Assembly: GCA_963693365.1 (NCBI GenBank)
Contig: CAVNZM010000010.1
Span: 7,751,794 to 7,815,793, forward strand
DNA length: 64,000 nucleotides
Direction of reading: 5' to 3'
DNA from: Amoebidium appalachense
Taxonomy: Eukaryota > Protista > Ichthyosporea
The notes below the pieces were generated by a model that saw only the letters and a list, made by a program, of their open reading frames with translations, searched no databases and was not told where the DNA came from. This document shows, piece by piece, positions 26,840 through 40,011 of this stretch (within the stretch, counting starts at the first letter, position 1; each line of letters opens with the position of its first letter). Both the position numbers and the translations under genes were made by a program.

Positions 26840-27099
26840 TCTTCCAAAGATGTAGTTAGTGCTTTGAAAAGACTACCGTCGATCCACACCACTGTGCAAT
26901 GGGCGGGTCAACGTTAGCACTAAATGTGGCTGCGTCATCGGATTCGAGGCAATCCGATCTTATTACCAATAAAAGCCGATGCGATCGCGGTTGTCCAATC
27001 AAGAAGTCCCAATCCCGTAATTTTGGACTGCTCCCCCTCGTTGAACAGTTTGGGGGGACTGGTGTAAGGGTTTTTCGGGTCGGGCCGAAGGCCCTATTG

Positions 27100-27244
27100 G
27101 GCCGCCAGGCCCGGGGGCCCCGGAGACCGGGGGCCCCCCCACCCAGGGAGGCCCGGGGGCCCCGGGGACCGGGGGCCCCCCCACCCACGGAGGCCCGGGG
27201 GGCCACGGGGGCCCGGCGTTAGTTTACCGGGGGGCCACGGGGGC
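27100..27244. repeat. Very GC-rich short repeat cluster (GGCCCGGGGGCC units)
   Basis: Repeated GGCCCGGGGGCCC...GACCGGGGGCCCCCCCACCCA units, ending abruptly at the internal TIR at 27245. Confidence 0.8.
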
Positions 27245-27838
27245 CAGGGTTCGACATTTGGGTTTCAAGTCGGGTATTTTCCGAATTTTTGTGACGTCAT
27301 CCATTTTGGCCTCGCGAAAGGTGGGGTATTTCCAGGATATACGAACTTTGGATAGATCAGATAAACCTTTGCATACCTATCCGCTAACATGTAAATATAT
27401 CCTCTGGCGGGCAGCCCCTCAGAAGCCAAAACACACTTGATACAGGTGCTTTTGAAACTCAGGGATTTTGATTTCACTGAGCACGCATGTCACACTAGCC
27501 TACCCGCACCATTATAACCTCAGACAGCCAGTCTAACTTTCGTTTAGGTGTTATAACCGCCTGTTCATCTCAGGATAGAGACATTGTGTTGCTGACTAAC
27601 TTTAATGAATAGCCTGAGGCGAGCACAGCGCGCCGTCCGCTGGAAAGATTTGCTTAGTGTCACCACAGTCGCACCTATTCTTGCTAAGTTCTCTCCGTGT
27701 CTCTAGCTTCAACGGTAGTCTTTTCTTAGATAAGTCTTTCTCCTGAGGATTTCTCTTACGGTCACTTCCTCTCTTGGGGCGCCCGCGCACCCCCTTCTAG
27801 AGATCTGAAGTCTCTCTCTCTTCTCTCTCTCTCTCCGT

Positions 27839-27886
<48 letters not shown>

Positions 27887-28015
27887 CCTCCCTCCCTCCC
27901 TCCCTCCCTCCCTCCCTCTCTCTGCCTCTCTCCCTCTTCCCCCCAGTCTCTCTCTTTCTTTCGCTCTCTCTCTATCTCTCTCTCTCTCCCCCCCCCAGTC
28001 TCTCTCTTTCGCTCG

Positions 28016-28058
<43 letters not shown>

Positions 28059-28063
28059 TCTCA

Positions 28064-28100
<37 letters not shown>

Positions 28101-28196
28101 CCCCTCTTCCCCCAGGCTTTCCGAACGGTCTCTCTCTCTTCACGTTCTTCCTCCTCTCCCTCTCTCTGTCTCTCGGTCTCTCTCTCTCACCGTCTC
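27245..28196 (+). repeat. Internal second copy of the element's left end (direct repeat of 20991-21987)
   Basis: Starts exactly at CAGGGTTCGAC. I saw only two substitutions in the first ~570 bp, then CT-tract length differences. Confidence 0.95.
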
Positions 28197-28270
28197 CCCC
28201 CCCTTCCCCCCCCCCCCCCCCCCCCCGCCCGAGTCTCTCTCTCAGGCAGTTTTCAATCCCTCGCTCTTTA

Positions 28271-28306
<36 letters not shown>

Positions 28307-28308
28307 CG

Positions 28309-28356
<48 letters not shown>

Positions 28357-28586
28357 TCTCTACTTTCTCTCTCTCCCTCTCTCCCCGAGAGTCTCTTTGT
28401 CTCTCTCTCTCCCCCCCCTCTCACGGTGCTCTGAGACTCCCGGTCTCTCTTTCTCTCCGAAGCCTCCCCCTCTCCCCCCCACCCCCACCCCCTCCCTCAC
28501 TACCCTCCCAGCTCTCTCTCTGCCTGTCTCCTCCGTCTACAGGCAACTGGGCTTTCTTTCCAGTTCCGACGTAATATCCCTCTCGT

Positions 28587-28634
<48 letters not shown>

Positions 28635-29272
28635 TTCCCCCGGGCCGGGGGGTTAGAAACGGCTGCATTTTCCTCCACCACCTCCGCCACCTCCTTGGCA
28701 GCCGAAATATTAGCACCCGATTCCTGGCCCACAGACTTTTCAGTGGCGACCGTACCAGACTGCTTGGCCTTCTTTGCCTTGACCACCGCAAGCGTGTTTA
28801 AGAAAATCGCCCAACTTGAGTGTTTTAGGGCCAGGGTTCGACTGCTCCTTCCCATCTGAAAAGCGATGGTCAGGCTGCCGAGTGCTGGCAGCCACAGGGG
28901 CTACCCTAGGAAGCGCGTGTTTGCCCGACCTACAGCGAAAGGGCCCAAAAACAACACGGGTGAAAGCGTGACACGTGAGAACCGGCTCTGAGTCACCTGA
29001 CAACTGACTTGAAGGCTGAAGGGAGGGAGTTTCGCGCCAAAAAAAAAAAAAAAACGAAAATAACCATCAGACTGGTGTAAGGCCATGACATTTGTAACTT
29101 AATGTCAACAAAAAGCCCCCAAAACCTTAAGATTATGTCAAAAGGTTCCCCAATTTTACCATTACGGTGGCCAAAATTCATTTCACTTGACTGCTGAGTG
29201 CTGGATAACCGAGCGAACTATCCCATGCATGAAAATAATAGCCTATCACCGAATTCCCACCCCAGCTGGCGC

Positions 29273-29342
<70 letters not shown>

Positions 29343-29842
29343 CTATATGTACACTCCACTATCCGGCGACGTACCCTACGCAGGAAGCGTAGTGTACCCC
29401 AGCCTCTTCCAGGCGGGGTATTTTTTTCTGGCAGTGGGGTATTTTTTAGGGTATTTTTGGGGTATTGTCTAACCCTGTGAGTGCCCCCAGATGATTGGTT
29501 GACCAAACGTGTTTTCGAATTCGAAGATCTCATCATCTCAGGCTCTGACTGAGCAGCTAAGCTGAGCCTTGTTCAAGTTTCAGGCTGACAGCTCTTCGTT
29601 TTGTGTCTTGTAGACTATAGTGTAGGCGGTATTGTAGATGGGGCAGTGGGTAACCTGAGCGGGCCAGGTGGATGTCTTACAACTATTGAAAGCTGAGCCA
29701 CCCGGCTACTTTTATATAAATATGCCAACCGCGAACTGTGTGCGGCTTTTCTTGAAGGCGGTTCAAACTGAGAAGTAACACATGAAGAATAAAGCTCACG
29801 TGTGTGTAGGAGCCAACCGCACCGTTCAACTGCATTTACATG

Positions 29843-29914
<72 letters not shown>

Positions 29915-30029
29915 GTCAAATACAGACACAACACACACACACACACACACACACCCACACACCCACACAGTGTCACACACCCACAAACACACACACAGTG
30001 TCACACGCACACACGCGCGCGCGTGCGCG

Positions 30030-30425
30030 CGCACACATACACAGACATTGCTTCACACAAGCTGAAAGAAATCGAGCGTCCAGAATCCGAATTCTTGTCT
30101 CGTCGATCTTTCAAGGCTTCTCCTCTCTCTATCTCTCTCTCTCTCCCCCCCACTCCCCTCCCTCCCTCCCTCCCTCCCTCCCTCCCTCTGCCTCTACCCC
30201 TCTCCCTCTCCCTCTCCCTCTCTCTCTCTCTGTCTCTCCCTCTCCCTCTCTCTCTATCTGTCTCTCCCTCTCCCTCCCTCTCTCTCCCACAGTTTCACAC
30301 GCACACATACACATGCGTGCGTGCACACATACACACAGACATTGATTCACACAAGCTAAAAGAAATCGAGCGTCCAGAATCCGAATTCTTGTCTCGTCGA
30401 TTTTTCAAGGCTTCTCCTCTCTCTC
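30030..30425. repeat. Direct duplication of a ~100-bp unit within CA/CT tracts
   Basis: AAAGAAATCGAGCGTCCAGAATCCGAATTCTTGTCTCGTCGAT at ~30065 and ~30359. Confidence 0.9.
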
Positions 30426-30436
30426 CCCCCCCCCCC

Positions 30437-30483
<47 letters not shown>

Positions 30484-30598
30484 CCTCCCTCCCTCCCTCC
30501 CTCCCTCCCTCCCTCTGCCTCTATCCCTCTCCCTCTCTCTCTCCCTCTCTCTCTCTGTCTCTCCCTCTCCCTCTCCCTCTCCCTCTCCCTCCCTCTCC

Positions 30599-30656
<58 letters not shown>

Positions 30657-30677
30657 ACCTCTCCCCCGCCCTCTGTC

Positions 30678-30708
<31 letters not shown>

Positions 30709-31798
30709 CTTTTCCTGTCTCTCTTCTACCGACTCGGGGGTCCCTTTTCTTCCCCCTCCCTCTCCCTCTCCCTTCGCTGTCCCTCCGCCTCAGACAAGTG
30801 TGCAGGGAAAAGAATATGTGCAGACGTTTCACAGTGCCTGTATGAGATTGTGTGTGTCTAAGAGTAGATCACTGCAAAGTTTTCACGACAACCCACAGCT
30901 TTTTCAAACGTGAGTCCTGTTAACAAACCATGGGTACCTTTGTAACGTGCGTAGCTGGTGAACCATGCCTTTTTACACTGACGTGATTGTGCACGAAAAG
31001 GAAATGGAGATGCTCCGGTTTGAAGCAGCAATCATATATGAGGAGTTATCGCAAATTGGTAGTAGGATGCTGCCCAAAGAACTTGTAAACAAACCAACAA
31101 GATCGGGTAAGAAGTCGCCACAATGTAAAATGTAGAGGGCATAACTGCAGCGATGCAAACGCAGTTGTGGCCTTTAGCACATGGTGCTGTTTAACAAGAA
31201 ACAGATGGGCGAAGGACTTAAAGGGACGTAAAAATCTGTAGGATGAGCTGCGAAACGTCTGACAGGGCCACCTTCTATGCAAGAAAAACGCGTTAATTCA
31301 GAAAAGACGCAACCACAGATGTGCACGGTCTATGGAGAGCCAAGTGCCTCCTCCATCTGGTAAAGAAACAAGCGAACATAAAAACATGGACGCGTCAAAA
31401 CTAACCTGCTGGTTGTGGCGTGAACAGCAGACCAGCACCCCCCTATGAACTCATCTTCGAAGTCGACCCCAAACTGAGCCTAGCACATGTTCTTCACTTT
31501 AAACCGTCCTGCTATTATATAGTGTGTATGTTATATGCCTCCTCTCCTTTTTTCCTCCTTCGTATTAAAGTTATCGCTCTTTCACCCAACTATGTAGCCC
31601 TACATACTGCCTTGAGTTCCAAACTCCCGGACTATTCTGAGCTGGAAAGAGGGGTGGCTGAATTCCCGCCAAAAAGAGCTCATCTGATTGGTGCACACGT
31701 ATACAACGTGTGTTGTGCAAGATTGCCCGCGTACAAGATTTCGTTGACGAGTCCTGCTGTTCGAAGACTCGCCTTATTTTGAGGCATGTCTATCCCAA

Positions 31799-31844
<46 letters not shown>

Positions 31845-33899
31845 GGGGGTGACACAGGCACCCCCTCCCCTGCCGCGGCCCTTCAGCTTGAAGAGCCTGA
31901 GGCCACGTGCAGCGGCCGCGGGACTGAATTCGAGACTAGGTACATCAAACGGTACCCTATGTATGTGTTGTGATTGTTATTTTGCCTCGTAGTAACATGC
32001 CAGTTGCGCATGGCATAGTGACGACACGCCACACATGTTTATATTGCTACACTTATATGTGCACACACACACACATGCACAAACACACACACACACACAC
32101 ACACATCACACACCAACACACACACACCGTGACATAACACACAAACCAAAGTCCGTTACTGCCGCATTTCCATTTTATTATACCAGGATAATCGAAGTTA
32201 TTTTGATGTTTAGACTGCAGCGCTGGTGCAGCTGCACGATGCACACCTTCAGTTCGTCAACTCATACGCATGTAAACAAATATGATATCTGTAAAAATGA
32301 CGGTTTCACTAAATAAGAAGCCAGAAATGGAACCTAAAAACAGCGATAAGTTTGGAAGGTACATTACACCTGCATTTCAATACAACCACCATCATGGTTT
32401 AACATACACAAGAGAAGAACTCCCATCACGAAACAAGATAGGGGTTCCCAAACACACTGCACTACGTTTCGTTTGAGTTTCAGGGTTAATAAATCTATTC
32501 TATGTAGTATAAGATGAGTTGAGGACCCATTTCCTGCTCCCTCCCGAGTTTGCTGAGCATATTGGCACAGCCATGATTGGACGTTTAACTTACCGAAGAG
32601 GCGGAAGGAGCTGGGGGGGGGGGGGGGGGGGGGGGGGTTGGCTTGGACTAGATCGTGAGATGAAAAGGAACTTCTGGCCAAAGTGTAAAGAGGGTTATGG
32701 TGTGTGTGCGTGTGTGTGTTTGTGATGGTAGTGGTGATGGTGGTGGTGGTGGTTGGGGGGGGGGGGGGGGGGGGGGGGGTTATCTGTGAGCTAGGTGAAG
32801 TTGTTTGTGGTTGACAGTGGTAATGGGGGGAAAGGGGGGGGGGAGGAGGGGGGAGGGGGGGGGGGGTGGGTGGGGGGAGGGTGGGGGGTGGGTGGGTGGG
32901 GGGGGGGGGGGGGGGGGGGAATCGAAAAGGATGATGGAAAGGGAGGACCTAGTGGTGATGGTGGCATAAGTAGTGGATCGGGGAGGTCAGGGGGGAGGGG
33001 GTGAAAAGGGGGGGTGGGGGTGGGGTGGGGTGGGATGTGTGTGTGTGTGGGAGGGGTGGGGGAGGGGGGGGGGGCGGGGCAGGTGAGGAAGTAGACAGAA
33101 ACGTAAGGGCTGTCTAGGACAATTACGCTTTTTTAAAAGGTGAGGGGAGTGGCAGGCAGGGTAGTGTAATCCTCTATCGATGTCTGCCGCATATATGAAC
33201 ACTCCATGCAAAAAAAAAAAAAACGATGCAAGATAACCTAAGCACCTTGCCTTGATATCTTATCGACGCTGGGCCATATGTATGTAAGTAACGAACATCA
33301 CCCCCCATAACAGAGGCTTGCTGGTATCTATGCATCGAGAAAAACAAACGACCACTGTGTATTTCTACTGGTGACTGCCCAAATTACCGCCTTTGGACGG
33401 AAATATAGCACAGCATCCTTATAATTGCAGGGGGTCTATGTGCATATACCATGCACAACCGCTTATTGGCAAACAGCAGAGCTTCATGCCTTGAGTATAC
33501 TATGTTGACTTAGTGTGAACATCGTTTTAGCAAACGCGGACTCTGCTTTTTTGACTACTCAACGAGTCGAACACTCAGACAGACAGACAGAGCTGCAGAA
33601 AACAGGGCACACGTACCAAAATGGTAATCCCGCGATCCCGCGTTGTGGTTCCCCTAAAACTTACAAATGTGGGGCCAAGGGTTTTCCGTTTGTCCGCTTT
33701 GTTAGCCAGGCTCAATATTTTGCTACAAGCACAATACTACACGCGCCCATATACATAGGACTAATAATATTTTTTTATGAATATAATATATAATGTTTTG
33801 CCTAAAATGGTCTAGGAAATACCCTGATTCCATATAAAAATGGGTCTCCCCATGAGTGCAGACCCCGTCCTGCTAAGGTTTGGGGCATGCTGCTTGGAT

Positions 33900-34145
33900 A
33901 GTGCGAGCCAATCACAGAAAGGGACAAAACACGTAGCCACCCGGCACCAGAAGCTACGATCGCTAAAAGCTACTAAATTGTATTTTCGTATTATGATTGA
34001 CCTAAAAGTCATCTTTAACATACTAAATGGTAGTAGGAGACAAGGTCGTTTTAGTAAGATGGTCCTTCAACAACCAATCCACGCCGGCTCCTTGAATATC
34101 AGAAAGCCAGCCCAATGATTGGTCTGACGTCATGCGGCTACAATC
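33900..34145 (+). promoter_or_regulatory. Probable kinase promoter with CCAAT boxes and a CRE palindrome
   Basis: CCAAT at ~33908, 34074 and 34112, ATTGG at 34118, TGACGTCA at 34125; ~450 bp upstream of the ATG. Confidence 0.4.
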
Positions 34146-34585
34146 TGGAAAAAGCACCAGCCCACTAAAAAAATTATGTGACATTGAAACTGAGCCAGCA
34201 GGCAGAACGGAGAACAAGAAGGAAGAGAAAAGAGATTTACACTTTGTGTGCTTGAAAAGAAAAAGAGTTGAGGAAACGTAGCTTATTAATTGTATATAGA
34301 GAATTTTCTTGTGTTTGTAAAGCGACTGTTAGTGAGAGTTGTGTTCGTTTAGGTTACCCTGAAGATTGACGTCCGTTCACTTTAGCAGTTGATGCTTACA
34401 GGACCGAATCTGCATCCATAGCAAATGACATATTAATTGGTCTCGGCTCACATTATTCAAGTTGTAGATTTTTTACCTTCGAACGTACTAGAAAGCATGC
34501 AAGGCTTACAGCCGAATGCAGCCTGTGTTTCACTGTAGTAGAGGTGACTGTTTAGAACATGTGCTCCGTAGCACCACAAGGTCTC

Positions 34586-34825
34586 ATGCCGTTGGACGGC
34601 GGAGGTGGAGGACTTGATTTTCTTCGATCGTTTGGGGAGGAGCAGAATGAACAGGGCGTTTACGAGGTAGGTCGGAGGTCTATCTTTCACTGCTGCTTGT
34701 GCTGTGCACGTCTTTGCTTACAACAGCCCCACATACACCATTTTTTTACGCTCTTGCTTTTGACAACCGAGCTTGTTCTCAGGTCTATACCTCCTGTGCG
34801 AGGTCTGGATTTCCTGCTTTATTTT

Positions 34826-34859
<34 letters not shown>

Positions 34860-36311
34860 TGGATCTCCTTTCTCTCTTCTCCTTAATTTTTTCTTAGGGC
34901 TTAAAGACCATGACAGTCTGGATGATCCTGTGTTTCTGACTTGCGCCAATGTGAAGCAGGAAATTCACATCGACATCTTTCACTAATGCGACTTTTTTTC
35001 CGCGTGTTTGCGTGTTAGCCCTGTAGTTTTTTTTTTTAATTTACTTTTTTTCCTTTATCTCTTTTCTCTTTCTCTTTCTCTTTGCACGATGACCCGGTAT
35101 CTGGGTCTTGTGTTTGACCGGGGGTTTTGTTTAACCCACTTTGCACGTCAGCCAGGTTAATTTTTAATAGTATTTTTTTTAAATAGAAGAGTTAGTTGTA
35201 GTTGGCATACACATGCTGAACCTGGCCTGTTGGCGAGTTGTAGGGATGGCATCACTAACTTACGGAGTGTGGCTGCACGAAGTCTCAAGCAAAATGCTTG
35301 TGGTTTGATAACCGTACCGAACATCGTACTGAACTTGTGGTGTGTGCAGGTTGTGTTCAAGTCGGCACCTCGCATAGGGTCGTCTGCTGTGTTTGCTGTG
35401 GCCGTGGACTTGCGAAATAGGTCCAGAGTGGCCCTTAAAGTCATACCGGCACATTGCTCCAACAGTGATCAGGTAGTTTTTTACTGCTATTGGCACAAGT
35501 TTACCGCTTGCATATGGGCACAGGTGTACATTTGCACGATAGTATGCACATGCACACAAAAAGTCTTTCTGTACGTGCTGCACGGACACATACGCATGCA
35601 CATGATTTACACAAGTGCGCACTGGATTATACAGGCTTAGTTACAGGCACGCTGACAGGGCTTGGATACACACAAGCACACTTGTGCACGGTTTTTGCTA
35701 ATATAAAGGCTTGTGTTTCTCTGCTAATCCTACTCGTACACCACACGCATCAACAGGGACGTAGACACACATGCTTACACCAAGGAACACATGCGCACGC
35801 ACTCCGACACAAAATTGAGTTTATTTGCATAATCATTGAGACCTGTTTTGGCCAGCACGCTGCTAGTGTAATGTAACTGTCTTTCTAGGGTAACTCTCTA
35901 TCGTCTATCCGCCTTCAATTTCAACACATCCGCCAAACCCCCCCTTCCTCCTCCTCCTCCTCGTTTTTTTCAATAGGGTCGCTTTCCGCTTACATTCCAG
36001 AGTGGTCATATACCCTCGTATTCCGCTCTTCTAACACTTGATTTTTTTCTCTGCAGGGAAGCTCACGGTGGCTTGAGGAGAGCAGGGTGCACCGGGCCAT
36101 CTCCAGCCACCCGCACCCCAACATCACACAGCTGCTGGATGCACGGGTGCTGCCTGGGGGGGATGTGTGTCTGGTGATGGACTATGCTGAGGGGGGGGAC
36201 CTATTGGACCACATACCGCCACACAGGGGCCTGCCCTATGCTGCAGTGGTTGGTTTGGGAAGGCAGCTGATGGCTGGACTGGCACACCTGCATGACCTGG
36301 GATATGTGCAC

Positions 36312-36364
<53 letters not shown>

Positions 36365-36460
36365 CATGAAATTCCTTGCGACTCTGTTTGCTGTACATGA
36401 TAGTGTTATTCTCGGGGTATGTGGCAGATGTGTTGGTCCTCTTTTCCTTTTTTTTTTTTT

Positions 36461-36505
<45 letters not shown>

Positions 36506-37296
36506 ATTTTCAGCTTAACATTTGGGTTTCTTTTGACTATTGAACATGGACGAAGACTGGATGAAATGAAAGATGTGCATGAAGCGCGGAATACATGTAT
36601 CATCTGTACGTTGTGGATTATTTCCAGGCTCTCTCTGCTGCTTTCAATTGGTTTTCTTGGGCCCCTTTCGAGATTTTCCACCCGTAGGCTCGCACCCACA
36701 TTTCGCTCTACGATGATTATAATATTATATTAATATGAACTAGGCCTTTTCCCTTTCATTCACATGCCCAACCCACACTAAACATTCCTAATATCCTTTG
36801 CAGGGACATCAAGTGTGAGAACTGTGTGCTCTCCAAGAACCGCACCCACCTTCGCATCATCGACTTTGGCTCCACCTGTCTGGCCACCGACCGCCGTGCC
36901 TTCTCCCCAAGTGCCGGCACCCGCCCATACATGGCCCCAGAGCGACTAAGCAGACCGGAAAGAAGGTCGCACATGCAAATTAACCCGCAAGCAAGCGACG
37001 TTTTCTCTGCGGGTGTTGTGTTTTTTTGTATGTTGACAGGAAGGTTACCGTGGGGAGAGGCGCATGCTGGGGACGTGAGGTACAACATGTTTGCTACGAC
37101 GCTAAGCCTGCCGCTTGCACAGAAAGATTGCACGGGTGCGGGGCTTCCTGACGCTTTTTTCCGGTTGTTGCATCGAATGATGGATCCAGATGTGGAATTT
37201 CGTTGCTCTGCGCGTGAAGCACATGAAGAGTTGGTGTTGTTGGAAAAGCAGCTGACTTGTGAAATGTCGGAACACACTGAGATGGGCGGTACGTGA
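34586..37296 (+). CDS. Ser/Thr protein kinase (CAMK-like group uncertain)
   Basis: Exons 34586-34666, 35350-35472, 36057-36313, 36804-37296. Motifs VALK, HPNI, MDYAEGGDL, VHR|DIKCEN, DFG, GTRPYMAPE, DVFSAG. Confidence 0.92.
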
Positions 37297-38301
37297 TCTG
37301 GATTTCAAGATGCGACCTTTTTTTTTTTTTTTTTTTTTTTTTTTCCTCCCTCCCTCGCCACTTGGACGTTGTGGTGGGTGTGCTAGTTTCGAATGACTGC
37401 CAAAGCGCCATATTATGAGTGGCACGCAATGGAAAAGTGTGCTCTGTTGAGTCTGTATCTCTATATTATTATTATGCGCCTGGTCTGGGTTGCTTTTTAT
37501 CCGCTGTATGTTATACGAGTACATATATTTTTGAATTCCCTAGACTAAGTGCACATTTTGAAGGTACTCGCGCTATATCCCCCCGCCTTTTTATATCTCG
37601 CTTGTATTCTAGTGCCTTTTGCCTGTGATGTGGCAATATGCCTTCCCACAATCATTTGCGCATACAATAGCTATAGATACTTGTCATCTTGTGCTTTTTT
37701 ATTTAGGCCGTTGATAAATACGACCAGAAACGCGATGCTACTATATATAGATCGGGATTGATGATTGGTCTACCGTGTATGGAGCAGCAAATTTGATTGG
37801 TGTACTGTCATTCCACCTTTTTAGACGCTACAAACAGCAGCCTGGTGCGCTGTGATAGTAAATGTACATGTGCTCTGTGCATACGTAGATTTTCAATTGT
37901 GATTGGTGGAAGTTTGCGCCATACTTCCAGATATGGAATGTGAAACGATTTGGCGATCGACCGTGTGTTGATGTACGGAGCTCATATTACGTTTTGCATA
38001 GTTGAGCTTAAGCTTGCCCACACACCAGATGGCTGTGGGGTGTGCTAAGCGCGTGCATGGAATACAGTGGTGCTTTGCTTTTATATCTGCTAATGTGTGC
38101 ACTGTGTTTGTGTGCCATTGCAGCAGGTAGGAAGTGTCCTTGTTTGATTTCGGCATTCTGTATCGATGCCCTAAAGTACTGGCGCTGCGCACTATGGTTT
38201 CGTATAGATTTGCTGTGGCGCACTGGCATGTCCATGTGTGCACCCTGCTGCAAGCCCTGGGGGAAGTGGTGGTGGTGGTGGTGGTGGTCGTGGTGGTGTA
38301 C

Positions 38302-38357
<56 letters not shown>

Positions 38358-38359
38358 AT

Positions 38360-38399
<40 letters not shown>

Positions 38400-38453
38400 T
38401 CTGTGCGTGTGTATGTGATCAGTGTGTGTGTGATCTGTGCGTGTGTATGTGAT

Positions 38454-38501
<48 letters not shown>

Positions 38502-38707
38502 CGTGCAAGCGGCAGGCTCTGTGGGAAGTGGTGTTGGTGGTGGCGTGTGTGTGTGCGTGCATGCAGGTGTGTTTGTGTGTGTGTGTGTGTATGTGTGCAT
38601 GTGTGTGGTATAGGTGGAGGTGGTGGTGGTCGTGTGTGCGTGTGCGCGTGCGTGCGTGTGCCACTAGAGAGGCAGATTTGGGGGCCCCCGGGGAGGGGGG
38701 GAGGGGG

Positions 38708-38739
<32 letters not shown>

Positions 38740-39158
38740 AGGGTGGAGGGGGGGGGGAGGGGGGGGAGAGGGGCGGGATGGCCATCCGGCCCGATGATCT
38801 CGGGTATGTGCATCGAGTACAGCCGACCGGTGGGAAAGGAGGCTGCACTGGCAGGATTTATTGGCTAAAAACATCAACACCAGTTAAAGCAAAAAAAAAG
38901 CCACAAAACGGAAGTGATATTCTTCAAGATTTCTTCATCAGAAGCAAAATATTCAAATTTTGGCATACAAACAGTATAAATCAATGGCATATGTGGGCAC
39001 CGGTGCTGGAGCCAGCCTAGAATACCCAAAATGATCTACAAAATTAGTTTATAAGAACGTCATGCACTTCTTTACGATTCTAGGCCAGGGGATTAGCATT
39101 CAAACTTATCCTACACCTCCCCTTGTCTGTGTCATCTTTTTCGAGGCACGGCATTGGC

Positions 39159-39201
<43 letters not shown>

Positions 39202-39788
39202 GGGGGGGGGGGAGGGGGGGGGGGGGGGGGGGGGGGAGGGGGGGAGATAGATATACAAGATCTACAAGGGTGAGATATACACGGTATAAAAATCATAGTA
39301 TCAAGACAGGTATGTAAGACTTGCATAGCTACACATCAGTATATTCAAGATAATACTATCGGTGATTCAAGACATAGATATACAAGATTAACGGTCGCTT
39401 TGTCCACAAGACTATCTCTTAGCTCCAAATTTCCTCTCACTCTTTTCTTTAATCATTTCATTAAGTGGCTGCGTGCGTGCCTTGCCTGTACGGTGTTGTG
39501 TGGATGCTTCTGACAAGTTCGTGTGAATACGTGTGTGTGGGTGTGTGGGTGGGTGGGTTCGCTGGACGGGTCCAGTGATGCAGATGCCGGAGTCTAGGCT
39601 ATGTTGTATGTGTTGAATGTTTATACTGCACCAGCCAATATTTTTAGCAATATGGTACCGAGAAATGTGGGATATGGACATGCACGAGTGGGTGTGCCAG
39701 TCCGTGTGATAGTGTGTAAGTTCTCGGCTACATAGAATGAATGTGTGTGTGTGTCTGAGTGTGTGTGTGTGTGTGTGTCTGTGTGTCT

Positions 39789-39827
<39 letters not shown>

Positions 39828-40011
39828 CGCGCGAGCGCACGTGCATGTGTGTGAATGTGTGAGTGTGTATGTATGTGTGCGCGGAATGTGCGTGTGGACA
39901 GGGGCTGGAGTGGGGGGCGAAAGGGGAAGAGGAGGGAAAGGGGTTAAGGGGAGGATATATGTATAAAAAAATTAAAAAAAATAAAAAAATAATAATAATG
40001 CCTCTCCAGGA

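Larger units (their letters stand above)
20991..29477 (+). mobile_element. Non-autonomous hAT-like composite element with cargo
   Basis: TIR CAGGGTTCGACA (20991) versus TGTCTAACCCTG (ends 29477), 11/12 match. Perfect 8-bp TSD TGAGTGCC at 20983-20990 and 29478-29485. GGGTATT subterminal motifs at both ends. No transposase ORF inside. Confidence 0.9.

Noticed and set aside
26154-26855. 233-aa plus-strand ORF
   Set aside because: Antisense shadow of the repeat-rich minus-strand gene.
20991-28196. 1-kb direct repeats read as LTRs of a retrotransposon
   Set aside because: No TG...CA ends, PBS/PPT or gag/pol. The TSD pairs 20991 with 29477, fitting a TIR element instead.
28650-28860. Minus-strand exon-like stretch and a third CAGGGTTCGAC at 28832
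   Set aside because: Could be a relic of the element's own gene, but there is no recognisable transposase motif and the TIR match is only 11 bp with no TSD partner.
38790-38822. Peptide DDLGYVHRV resembling the kinase HDLGYVHR
   Set aside because: Only about 8 codons, with no flanking kinase motifs or convincing splice sites; probably chance.
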